NCBI GenBank assembly: GCA_973851085.1
Contig: OZ316775.1
Coordinates: forward strand, 19,282,001-19,346,000
Direction: 5' to 3'
Origin: Ptychomitrium polyphyllum
Lineage: Eukaryota
DNA length: 64,000 nt
Part shown: in pieces, positions 37,901 through 50,405 of the stretch
How positions within the stretch are numbered: position 1 is the stretch's first letter
Layout of the letters: each line of letters starts with the position of its first letter
Made by a program: the position numbers and the translations under genes
The notes under the pieces: generated by a model
What the model saw: only the letters and a program-made list of their open reading frames with translations
What the model was told of the DNA's origin: nothing
Databases searched by the model: none

Positions 37901-40900
37901 GGAAACCAGAGCATCTCCATTCATCATCTAGCCATGGAATTTTCAATATTTCTGTATAACCATTTCTTACTGCAAACTAATATATATTTCAAGAAAATTG
38001 ATTGGATGCTCCGTAAGTGTATATAATTTACCAGTTACTGATGCTGTAGAATTCTGCAGGAGCATCTTTTGAACTTCCTATACAGTAAAAAGTAAAACAT
38101 TTGCAAAATTAACACCCTCCAAGATGGAGTTCAAGTCCCTGTCTGGTCCAGAATATGTAAATGCGTATGTAAATGTCCAAGTTGCCATTCTGCAAGTCAC
38201 ACACCACAGATTTCTCCACCCAGCAATGAATGCACAAACCAAGGAGCAGACAACAAGAATAGGTGCTGTCAACTAGGACCAGCTAATGAGAGACAGCATG
38301 TTCCATTGCATGATCTCAACTCATACTAAAAACAAGGGGAACTAAGCTTCATAGGGTTCTGCACTTTCTGGCATAAACAAATTGGAATCAACCTAGCAAA
38401 CTACCCCTAGTTGTTATAAGCAGGACCACCTTCAGCAGCTTAGAAGTTGGAATCTTTCAAAGGTATCACCTCTGTCTATGCGTCAAGTGCATGCATGTTT
38501 CTGAAATGACCCCCTTCCAATGCAGAGCTAGAACTGTAAATCATGGGTTAAGGTGGTTCTAAAACCTGGTTTAGATGCCTGTAGACCTGTAGGGCCAGAG
38601 CCAGTGACCCTAATCATATTTTATATTTTTATTTATTTGACACAGAAATGGACTGTGTTTTCAGTCATCAAATGCTGTTATTTGAATATTGGTGAAGTGA
38701 TGGTTTTGAGACCAAATGTGGCAGTTTGAAATACATGTTTGAAGTTTGAACCTCCTAGTTGGAATTAGGAAGAGTGAAACAGCCATCCTTAATCTGGTAG
38801 AGCAAGAACATGCAAACTGAGAGCACAAAACTTACCAGTTAGCAAGTGCTTGGGACAATGTGCATGTGTCTTTATGTTACTTCTGTAAATTAAGTATTTG
38901 GCTTCATGCTGAGAAGACCAAATTGAGGCATTCAGAATGGGCCGCAAGAAGCCAACCTTAGCTATGGTTGTCATCAGAAGATGTGCAGCCCCAGTGGACC
39001 ACAGAATAAAGCTATACGTAGGATAAGAAAAATCAAGGTGTAAAATTTGAATCAAGCTTCTTTTGAAGTGGTGGGAATTGAGCTGGCACTGTGCAACTAA
39101 TTTCTAATTACAGATCCCTTCCAGCTCAACAATTTAACATTCCATGGGGCCAGAATTTTCACTCTCTGGAATTACTATGCAACATAAGTTATTGTAATTT
39201 CTATGAGGAAGTTTGTTACTAAGGATGAACCACAAATTCAAACACATTTAATTTATATAATACATGTTCTGTGGTTCAATGAATTGTTCACATAAATTGA
39301 AGTGCATAATCGATTTATGAAAAATATTATGTCAGATACTGGCAATTGGTTACCCCAGCTAAGAGCCATTCAATACTCAGTTGGTTCCTCCTAGTAGCCA
39401 TTATTTAGAATATTATATGTTCTTGCTTAAATTTTGGAAGTAGCTTCATTATTTTGGTTCATCAAACAATATACTACTTAGCAAAATATAGCATTGTTCT
39501 TAGGTCAATGTAAGATTATGTAATGAGAAGAAGATAGTTTAAGATTTGCAAGGAACAATCTCTTCAGAGACAGGATCTATTCCAGATCTGTTCTTCTATG
39601 AAGAAGTTCTTGGGTTCCTGAGGAGACTGGAGCAAACCATGTCCAATAAGTTACAGAATGGAAGTTTGTAACATACCAGTTATAGAGTATAACGTACAGT
39701 GAATATTAATTCTTAATATTTTTAAACTGCATGAATCATGTTGACTTGGCCCACCATAACATATTATCAGTAAACACGGGTCAGGAATTGCTAAGCAGAT
39801 AGCCAGCATGTTCAATAGGACCATCTCTGTACTGACAAGTGCTATTCGTAGAGTACTTGCAGTGTGGTCTCTATTTAATACCAATACATCAATTACTTTG
39901 GCATTTGGTTAACTTGCAGGGCTATTTCAGCGTAGGAATTCAGTGTACTGCAGAGACACAAAATCAGGTAGAAGTTGCGCGTGCTAATTAATTGGATGTT
40001 TTGATACATGAAGCCTATTCTATATCATTTGTTAGTTAGCTCCAACATCACTATTGGAAGTGTCTAAGAATGTCCTAATATTCATTTTAAAAAAGAGTCA
40101 TTCAGTATAGTAGATGAATTGTTCTCATTAATATAACGAATGTGCTTAGTTTTTTTAATAAAAAAATCTCATCCATTTTAAAAAGAGTGAGGTTGTCCAA
40201 CTGCTAGAGAATGTTATGTTTGCTTCTAACATGTTATAACTTGTGACGAGAACTTGAAGGCACAGCTCCAATATTTGTACTCCAGGTAGAGCACTTTCAT
40301 GCTTAAGTGATTGCCTTCTTTATATTTTGCAAAACCCCTTATAAGTTTTTGAAATATTCAACTATCTGTAGACTAATTGAAAATTCTTCACTAATCTTCA
40401 AATTTAAATTATTCAGTTTCTCAGATTTCTTACTTGATAACAGAAGCAATCACCTTCCCAAACTGCATCTTACATGAAATTCCAATTGAGTTGAGTTTGT
40501 ATATGCCATATCATGGTTCAGCAACTAGCACGTACATGAGCGTCATACAAGTAAGTGAATCTACATTATATCACATAACTCCTTGTGCTATGTAGGCTGT
40601 GCAATTTACCTTTCAGGTTTACTTTCATTTTGATAAAAACATATGATCTTTTCTTGCTTTAATTCCTAAACATCTTTCTGACCTGTTTTGGATTGTTGTC
40701 ACTCCTTCCAATTCCTTACCTCCTTCCTCATTTACTACTAAAACTTTTTGGAGATAATTCATAAAATTGTTGTTGTATCCAATGGTTGAGTTAGTTGTTA
40801 CTAGAAGGTATAATTAACTAATTTATGAATGTAAGTATATGATATTTTGAGCAAGACAAACTTGTGTTATCTCCAACTTTTTGTGTTATATCCAATTTTT

Positions 40901-42509
40901 TGTGTTGGCCTTTCAAAAATGAGGTACATGATTTTGATGACATAATATTCCAAAAAATCATCATATAAAGAACATTTCAACTCAATTTTATTTTAATACA
41001 ATTTTGTTTCAAAGATGATAAACAATTATTTTAATCAATTTTAGAAAGTATTTTAAATTCTAGATTCTAATTTGACAATAAAGTGACTACTCATAGCATT
41101 GAAAATTTCTAACTCAATGGATAGAATATGTAATTCAAAGTCTACATCTTTCATTTGATCATTCATTTCAAAACAATTTTGCAAATAGTAATTTATAATG
41201 GTTTTTCCAAAATTGTCACTTTAAAAGCACGATGTGATGTATAGGTGTAACAAACAATATTTATTCAAAATAGTTGTCTTATATTTTTTAAAGAAAAGGC
41301 CTCTTATACAAAAATATTCAAAGACATTAAGCCATTAAGAAGAAAATAAAGAAAAAAAATTCAAGATAAAGAATAACAAAAGGGCCTAAAAGCCTAAAAC
41401 GACCTCAATTTCTACTTGTTTTTCACATAAATAGATAAAACTTGGAATTGGTTATATAATTCATTATGGTTTGATTTTAAACTGAATAGAAAATATATTT
41501 TCAATCTTTGTAAATTACTATTGCATTTTAATTTTCAAATGTAATTTTGACTTCCATATATATATTCATGTATTCATTAATAAGGTCTATTAGAATTTTT
41601 AGCTTAATGACAATTATATTGAACGTATAATTTTCATTAAGCTAAAACTTGCTTTAATGTCATAACATTGAAGATGCGATGGCTGCTTTACTTTTTTATT
41701 ATTGTGCCTTGCATCTCTTTCTTTAAAATTAACTTCAACCTATTAGTAAATGTCACATATTACAATATATCCAAAGATTATCAAACAAATTTGTTTCTTT
41801 AGAAATTAAACCTGAAACCTAATTCTAATGCATCAATATTACAATGATGTTGAATGCTATGAGGCAAAATGATAAATATTATTGTTTATTTTTCTAGAAG
41901 GAAGGTTATGTTGAGTAACTTGTGAATCAGCAAAACTTTAAATTATGGGTGACACCTAATTGATGTTGAGATTATTTTCTCATGTAAGAGTTTTGTACCT
42001 TCTAACTTCCAAGACTCATACATCATATAATATATAATAATTTTGATCAAACTAAACTCTTTTCCATTGAGCTTGTAATGTACTACAGAGCCCACTATAT
42101 GGATGCGGATACGTTTAAATTTCATCCACAGGGCGACAAGCCCGCCCATCGAAGAATTTTCGGTAGAGAGCAAGTGCACTGTACATGCACGAACAGATAT
42201 CATTGGAGTACAACAAAAATATACTTCTTTAGCAGTGAGTACCAATGGCTTCGCATGCACCTGTCTGCTGGGAGCCCTACAACAATTTTCCTGTAATTAC
42301 TACTAAGTTAAGTTCTGCTATTGTTTACTACTTCTTCTCCAACGTAGCCCAAGCCCGCTTGGCAGTGGTGAGGCTGCGTGGTACCAGAGCGGCGACGAGG
42401 ATGATGGATCCATCTCCATTGGACGTGGCAGGTCATTAATAGCCTCTTTAGGGGCTAATCCCGCCTGGAATGGTTCCACCTCATCCCACGACCCTTTCGA
42501 TAGCCGCAT

Positions 42510-42550
42510 CTGGCCCCCTCTGGCCCCCTCTGGCCCCCTCTGGCCCCCTC
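42510..42550. repeat. 10-bp tandem repeat TGGCCCCCTC x4
   Basis: Read directly; it lies at the right edge of an AT-rich block and is followed by GGATGGCGC|TTA. Confidence 0.95.
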
Positions 42551-44239
42551 TTATTAGCAGTGCCTATTTCTGGATGGCGCTTAAGCCTATTTTTCTGCCT
42601 CAACATCTAAATATATAGGGTCGACGAGAAATGCTTTTATTTGTGAATATACTCCAAATTGGATATCCAGTATCACAAATAGCAACATGACCATCATGAT
42701 GTATGGAGGCTAATGGCAGGTGCTGCATGAGGACAAACCTAGGTCATGAAGTGCTCCCGTCACCTGCAGTCATGGAAGCTAACAATTTTTTGTATCCATT
42801 GGCTTGCATGAGGTTTGTAACTGTAATACTCAACTGCATGGGCCTTCTCCTGTACCACACCTGTGTAAGTTATGAATTAGTCACTGTGGAGGCTAGTAGA
42901 GAAAAGACAAGGCTACCTTGGCATCAGAGCTTCTTTCTGGAATCCTAACTGTATTTGATCCAAGTAGGCCAGGGATGAAGACAAACTGCCTATGAAAAGA
43001 GTTGAGGCTTGATCCATTTTTGAAGTGTGGGTGCAGTGTGGATTGGTGAGCACGTATTTGTGTATTTGATGTACAGTGACTTAAATTGTCATGTTCTATT
43101 GAATAATGCATCAGTCTTTGTACTCTCTTTTACATGATAGGCCCCGTAGCTTTGTAATTGTTCTAGTGGTAGATTTTTCACATCACTTAATAACAACTAA
43201 TGTTAATTTATTTTTTTTAACATGGGAAAAAAAGTCAAATTCTTTCAAATAAAAATGTTCATGGTCAAATTTTGTGTAAGATATTACAATATTACCAAAA
43301 TATCATCATAGCATCATCATAATATCATCATGGTAACATCCAATATCATATAGGTATAATATGAGAAATAGAAATTTTACTTTCTTAAATCAAATTTTAA
43401 ATGTTGATCCTTACTTTAGAATTACTTCCTTCATAACAAGATTAAATATGGAATGAGATTTTTTTAGGTTAATAGTTGGAAATTATAAATGATTATGTTA
43501 CTTGATAATGGTATGGTACTATGGAATTTTATGAAATGGATGTAGCATCTTTCCATAGATGAGAGTATTAATTTTTTTTAAAAAAAATTCTTAAAATACA
43601 CTATTAAAAGAATACATTCTTAATTTTGAATATTATTATTTGTTTATTTTGAAAGCAAAGATTCAATATGCTACTAAAAATGAAGTTCTATGTTATTGTG
43701 AATGTTTGTGGTGATGGTATTCATGTTATAGGATTTTTACATTTATTTAGAGTAAGAGGTTTTATTTTGAGTAGCATGCTAAATTTTTTTTGAATGGCAT
43801 GCCTTGTGTAAATAGAAAATAATTACTTATTAATTGGTAATTCTGTGTAACCTCCTCCATTGTTCGTATGTTATGTTTGGACCTCCATAACAGATCAAGT
43901 CATGAGACATACTTACTGCACAGGAAAATACTCCTCAAACTATTCCCCTAGCTGCAGTACCTATTTCGGGCCCCTTTGACTTTGAAAACGGCAAAGGGCA
44001 AGAATCAAGACTCAAGATGGGGCTAAAGGAATGATCAGGAAAGTGGCTGGGGGCATCTCCTCGTCAAATGGTGGGCCATCTCGCCCCTCCCCTCTCACAA
44101 TCCCCTCCTATACTCTTTCGCTCCCACGCTCACAAAAGCACACTAACTCATCGTCTCTAAGACCGTCACTACACCCAGAACCACCGCCATCTACAACAGA
44201 CGTACAGTTGAGCTTCTAAAGTCAGATAATAATATTGGA

Positions 44240-47200
44240 ATGCAGCGACGGGTTTGGATCTCGGTCTTCCTCACTGTAGTAATGGCGGGCGTGCGCCATT
44301 GTGGAGGCCCGATTCCGAGCGGAATCTGTCGTCCCCCCTTTCGCATACAAATTGTGTGAAGCGACCGTCGCGTAGGGTTTCCGCAGATGGTCGCCTTCTG
44401 GCGATGGTGGTGGTGGTCATGTTGTTGCTTGGTTTTCCTTGTTCGGACCTCCCGCTCCACATAAGAATGGCACGACCTCATGCCGCTCTCGCCTCCGACG
44501 CGCTCCGCACTCTCGAAGCTCCGGCAATGCGCCTTTCCAGGCGTTGCCGGAGCTTCGGTGATGTCTGTTGGAGTATGGCTCCGCTATCGAGACTTCGTTG
44601 AGGATGTGGAGGGGACATGGAGCGCAGTCAGGAGGAAAGGAGAAGTCTTCCGAGGTTTTGGACGATTCGGAGAGCGGAATGTAGGTCAGAGTGTTTGTGA
44701 GGGTGATGAGAGGTCCAGGAAGGGTGGTGATGGACGTCGTGGTGGCTTTCTCAGAGGAGAGGTTGATGATGCTGGTTCTCAGCAATGGTGTGAGGTTTTT
44801 GGAGCAATGCGGAACGCGAGCGCGGTAGAGGTGTTGATGTTGATGCGGGCGAGGGAGCAGGAGGGAGCAGATCCCTGGCGTTCGTTTAGAGGTGTTGATG
44901 ATTTGATCGAGAATTGGCCTTCCAGCTCTGCGTGTGGTCTCGATGGTGTTCGGGCAGAGATCTCGTGTGGTGGCTCCGCGAAGGTATTGTGGCTCGTAAT
45001 TGTTCGGCGTGTGTTTAATGTTGGGGGTCGTGTTGTGCATTAGTTGCTGCGTTTATGTTTGTGCGCGAACGCGTTCATATCGTTTTTCGAACAGTGTGAA
45101 TAGGTGAGGAATCGGTCAAAGTTTTTCTGTAGCTGGTATCTCGTTGTCGTGCATTGGTTGTGAATCAATGTACATTTCAAGGATTTTCGTGAAACTGGCG
45201 GCATTGAGTTCCCTCGATCGTACCTCGAGCATCCTACGGTCGTCGATAGTGAGTGCTCCTTGTGGAACTTTCGCAGTGGAGAACGGAAGCACTGGCTACT
45301 GCTCGTTTTGTTCGGACGGTTGTTGTAGTAGTCCTACCAGTTGTGACTACTTTCTTTGCAGTCAAGATTCGCAGATGTTTGTGCTCAGAGATTTTCATTT
45401 TGGTTGAAGAGTTGAAGCGGTTACAGGATATGACTGAAGATCTCGACGGCCTTGCACCTTACTTCGCCCTCTATTGGTTTTTTACATACAAGATATAGCC
45501 ACAGCTCAACGTAATATACTGATTTATTTCCTTGTATTTTTGGAATAGGTGATATCAAACGCCGATCATCAGAACGAGTCGAAGCTGGTTATTGAGCGCG
45601 ACGTGAAAGATCTATGTTGGCTTGGCAATGACGTCACCGTTTCATGCTCCTATGTGGTTCTCAAATATACAAATACTGGACGTGAGCTGCAGAGGAAAGT
45701 TATGCAGAAGGAAGCGCTTGCCAATGCAGATAGTTTGCTACGAAACATTAGGAGACCATTTATTTTTATTCAGATAATTGAAAGCAAAGGTGGCCAATAT
45801 CGCAGGGCATCTCTTTACGATCCGAAGTTATACTCAGCTACTTTTAAGAAACAGGTAACAATTCCACTTTTTTATAACCATGCACTATATATTGACTTGG
45901 AATATGTTCTGATCTTCGTTTTTCTTTATCCAATATGTGTATTTGAGTTTTCTAACTGATTAATTCAGCATCTTCATTCAGATTTGCCTAGATCTTGAGG
46001 GGGAAATCAGATAGAGCTCACTCTGGCAGGATCGAGGTCTGGGAATAGGTTTTAGTTATTTATTTTCGTTTTCTTTAACTGTACACTGAAGGTATTTGAC
46101 GCTCAATCATTTGCGATTACCGGAAGACTGTAGTGCAACATCCAGTCAGCCAGATATGCCCCAGCAATGGCAACCGTCTTTGTGTCAGGGTTTCAACTAT
46201 TTATTGTTTCAATCCTTTATGATATTAGGTTGGAGATCGATCTGGACGTTGTGGCACCACTTTCTACTCCGGTTGGTAAAGTCGGTTGTTCTATTTCAAT
46301 TCCGGTGAGGATCCCTCTGTTATGTCTATCAAGTCGGTGTCGAGGTTGAAAGTTCACACGCATGTTTGTGGATGATTAAGTCCTAGATGCTTTTAAAGGT
46401 TGCGCACATATTCAAGTTGTCTTGAAATTGTACATAAACCTTGACGCGTATGTTTGTAGCCTGCAAAGCATTAGAGATGGAATGATGTTTACAGTGGTCA
46501 ACTAATGCCAGTCTTCTTGTTTTAGGGTCAAAGTGCGCTAAACTATTGTCAACGGTTTTATTAATGCTTATTGGATAGTGCAAGTCAGCTAGCTTCTTTA
46601 ACCATTTCTGTTTACAAACCGTAGTATCTGTCGTCTGTGGTCGTTGGGATATTTTGATTATAGCCTCTCCAGATGTTAAATGATACTCCCATATAATGCC
46701 ATGCCAGCATGTTGCATGTGTGATATTTTTAACCTTCAAAATAGACGGTAGTATGGACTCTAGTGCGTGGTGGGAATAAAGAGAAGAACTCAATGTTTTA
46801 GCAACCTGGTAGGTACTGCATAGTTAATCTGACCACTTTTTCCGTGCTCTCCACATTTCCTCCCTGGTATTGTTTTTTTTGAATTGGTTCATCATGAACA
46901 TTTGAACAGGTGGGCTGTATCCATGGATAGGATGGCCGTTCATCAGTTTACCCTCTGTTGGTACTTGTGGTCTTTCATGTTAACTTGGACTGTCATAATC
47001 ATGTTATTGGTGCTTAATGTATTTCAAGGATTTTGACTTTGTTTGTCTTCTGTTTAACGCATTGATTAACAACCAGTTAATCAATGTTTAAATCATATCA
47101 GGTGAAAGAGGCGTGTGTATACAATCCATGGATCTCCCAAGATCGCTTCTTCTGCAAGTTTTTGCGTTGCTGGTGAAGGTTCTACAGTTTGAAGTCTATG

Positions 47201-47375
47201 CTCATCTGCTTCTCTATTTTTTCATCTCTTAGTACTTGGAGTCTCCAATTTGGCAGCTTCACGAGATGGAACATTCACCAACGAATTGTTGATTTACATT
47301 GTTTCGATGCAGTGCTCGCCAAGATATGGGTCTACATCTTGGGCAATCCTACTCACATTTTGGGAGGAGCCTAAG
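44240..47375 (+). pseudogene. Disrupted multi-exon gene for a type-II membrane protein, tentatively O-fucosyltransferase/glycosyltransferase-like
   Basis: The transmembrane segment LLAMVVVVMLLLGF (44254 frame) is out of frame with ATG 44240 and with the 44480-44983 exon. There is a clean phase-0 exon at 45549-45853 (...LLRNIRRPFIFIQIIESKGGQY...ATFKKQ) and further exon-like pieces (CIQSMDLP, LLIYIVSMQCS). I could not join them without stops or shifts. The family call is a weak remembered resemblance. Confidence 0.35.
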
Positions 47376-47986
47376 CTGGGGCCATTTTAGGAGTAGGTCT
47401 TAGTTCTAGAAGTGTTCTGTTTGTGTAGGACCTCAGCAATGTTAAAGATGTTTTTTTGTGACGATTCCTCGCAGAATTAGGTAACAGCTACAGAGTGGCC
47501 TCAATTCTGGTGCATCTGAAGTTGTGAAGAAAATCACGGAGACCACTCTTGACTTTCACCGGACCAAATCCCGAGAATGCTTTGATAGCTCTTTCTCAAC
47601 TGGAATAAAGAGCGATGTAGTATACTCGGCCAGATTGGTTCTTGTTCAATATCATGATAGTCACCAGTGTTTTCCGTCTAATTAGTGGAACAAGCCTCTA
47701 TGTTCCCCTAATTTATTTATTTATCTGTTTGCTTTTTGCTTTCTGCAATTCCTGAAATCTTTTGATACGAACGTTTAAGGGCTTTGCGTTGGAAATGTTT
47801 TAGTTCCCTGGCAATTGATATATTTGTAAGCTTCATACAAGTGATGTTATGCCTCCACTAGTAAGAATTATATACAAGAATTGAACATGTCAGGAAAGGT
47901 TTCTCGAAGCCAGCAGTCAGTTCCAACGGTCATATGGGCACGATGAATATGGTGACGGATTCAGCCAGCAACAAGAAACTGGTTAC

Positions 47987-50059
47987 CTTCGCCGCTTGAG
48001 AATGTGCTCCTTTGAATGGAGCTTCAACCGACACCTGATGTATCGGAGATGAGCAGTCTTTATCCGAATTCCAGTTGCCAGCTTCAACTAACTTCTCCTC
48101 TTCCTGCGACAAGGCCACTAGCAGTTCCTTCTCATGTGAAGCCTATCAATAACAGGGAATTCTAACTTAGAGGATCATTGGTATGGTGAGATGAACAAAA
48201 CCCTCCGGAGCTGGTCTTCCTGAAGATTAGGACCATTTGAGGTTGCTTTACTTCTCTTCCAAAATAGCGGATATAGCGTTTGAGTGTTCTTGAACTTATT
48301 TTGTTTTTTTTAACCATTGTTGGAGCTTACAATAGCGTTTCGTAACGAAGTCCTTGCCTCAGCTGATATTCACTTCTCTGGAATCATTTCCTTGATTTCT
48401 TTCTTTCCTGATTTACGACTGGGAACGAATTAGGCCATGACCATGTTCTTTCTGTTTTTTCTCTCTCTCTCCAATAAATGTGTTGTGATGGAGGTCAACC
48501 TTAACGCAATAGACGTATAAAATTATGGCCACGACTCTACAACACTGTACATCTCTAACTTCACTCTGGGTGGTTTGTTGTTTGATTTTTCCCTAGTTCG
48601 AAGGCATTGTATCCTTGGCTTTAGAGCCGATAGTGTAATATAGGTTCTATAGGTGTCTTCTCTGTGGTCTTTGAGTTAATTTTGAAGCTCTATCTTACTC
48701 ACAAGCGGTTGGTTCTGCCAGGGGATTACGTGCATTTCTTCCTCGCTTACTAAAACTTGATTTTCTTCAGTTGAGTTAAGATGAGGATGATTTGAACACA
48801 TCTGGCGATAACGCACCATGACGCGCTTGTGCTATCAGGCGGGCACTGATCTCAGTGGGAGGAAGTTCTGCTCACATGTATGGCTGGCGCAGATGCTGAA
48901 TTACAACACAAGACAAACTTACTTCAAGAAATCCTGGGACGCGCTGGAGATAGCCCGATTCGAAGAGTTCATGTGTCCTCGATGGACAGCGGAGCTCAAG
49001 CTCGTCCCGGCGCCTCCTTACATCCAAATCTGGCTGCCTATTCTGTCAGATAGGGTGCTTAAGGAATTCGGCCAGATCTTCCGCACGCGGCCCCACTTGG
49101 TGCGGCCCTGGGCTTCCAGAATGCAGCACATCTACGGCGCTATTACGCACCAGTTTGACAGTGTCTTCTCGGTGGAAGGACGGAACGGATCCCGACTGCT
49201 TGTGTACCAGGACCGCGACGTCAAGACGCTCAACGTGTTCTGGCCGTTGTTCTACTATGGCCAAGGGAAGCAGCAGAACCAGCAGTACATGGACAAGCTG
49301 GAGTACATGGAAACACGTTGGGCGACCATCAGCCCGAGCTATGTCACAGGCGGGAGGAAGCAGAAGGTTTCGCGCCCTCGACGGAAGGAGGACCCGTGGG
49401 ATTGCTATTGTCATGTCATAGGGAGCTGCAGTTGCCACTGTCACCTTCAGCAGAGGTGTAATTGCAAATGCTCGAGAGAGTGCAAGTGTCACTGCCATAA
49501 AACACAAAGCTGCCACTGCCTTACGCATTCACAGATGTGGTGCGTGAAATGCAATTGTCATCTGCACAGGGCGCATTGCAAGAAGGTCAAGACATGTCGG
49601 TGCCGCTGCCACACAGATGAATTACTGGAGCAGGGGTGGATCAATGACTTCAGTCCCCAATGTTGATATTAATTAGGCGACCCGGCTGTTTATGTTCAAT
49701 CCTAACGACCTTCTTGAACTCGTCATCTCGTGCCATATTACAGCTGCAACGGAGGCATGCTATTGATTGTCACGCAACGAGGGTCCGCACTCTATGGAAT
49801 TGTTTCTGTAGAAGAGAAGGATCGTGTTGTATCTCTCTGGTTCTATCTCAAGCCTTTCACATGTTCAGAGCTTTTTCGCATACGTGAATGAAGCTCCAAC
49901 AGCCATTCTAGTTCCTTAAACCCAAGCTTGACCTAAATTTGATGGCCAGCAGACTTGCTGATTACTTGGAATGACTAGTTGAATCTTGCTAGATTGAGCG
50001 CACCGCACGCTTCTAAAAAGTGCCAACTTATCAAGGGCGAGTCCGTCACGTCCTTCCAT
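47987..50059 (-). pseudogene. Putative minus-strand spliced gene/pseudogene (exons 50059-50009, 49805-49710, 48142-47987)
   Basis: Three phase-0 exons with GT/AG ends give MEGRDGLALDKLALFRS|KQFHRVRTLVA*QSIACLRCSCNMARDDEFKK|ASHEKELLVALSQEEEKLVEAG.... One in-frame TGA at 49772-49770. Confidence 0.35.
48818..49666 (+). CDS. Unknown protein with C-terminal Cys/His cluster (CxCxCH repeats); start uncertain (48818, 48893 or spliced at ~48839)
   Basis: 282-codon ORF with clear GC3 bias. A 70-aa segment (49403-49612) has 20 Cys and 11 His. Confidence 0.8.
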   Translation: MTRLCYQAGTDLSGRKFCSHVWLAQMLNYNTRQTYFKKSWDALEIARFEEFMCPRWTAELKLVPAPPYIQIWLPILSDRVLKEFGQIFRTRPHLVRPWASRMQHIYGAITHQFDSVFSVEGRNGSRLLVYQDRDVKTLNVFWPLFYYGQGKQQNQQYMDKLEYMETRWATISPSYVTGGRKQKVSRPRRKEDPWDCYCHVIGSCSCHCHLQQRCNCKCSRECKCHCHKTQSCHCLTHSQMWCVKCNCHLHRAHCKKVKTCRCRCHTDELLEQGWINDFSPQC

Positions 50060-50405
50060 GGACGCCCACTCGTCTTCCACAACGACCGAAAAAAAGAAAA
50101 ATCCAAATACTGCTTCTCGTCCACTTATCATGTACGATCTGAGTAAAAATTACACGCATTGAGGAACTGCTCTCAGAAACTACAGATGTCAGCTCGAACC
50201 CTGGCTAATGCAAAGATGTGATATACAATCTAACTTTGCACGAAGCCTAATGCACTGTGCAAGCATTGTCCCAGCTGGACCTCGAATAATTGGAATAGAA
50301 TACAGCTCTAACAGAAGTGTAGGTTTTTGTACAATTTAGTATCGAAGGCGTAATTTGCAGTTGGAAGTTGGGAACTCCTGAGGGTTGGTTCATAGACAAA
50401 CATGA

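Noticed and set aside
44417..45040. 207-aa minus-strand ORF, and similar antisense ORFs over RPL14, 8383-8826, 31624-31962 and 48818-49666
   Set aside because: These are shadow ORFs expected opposite GC-rich coding sequence.
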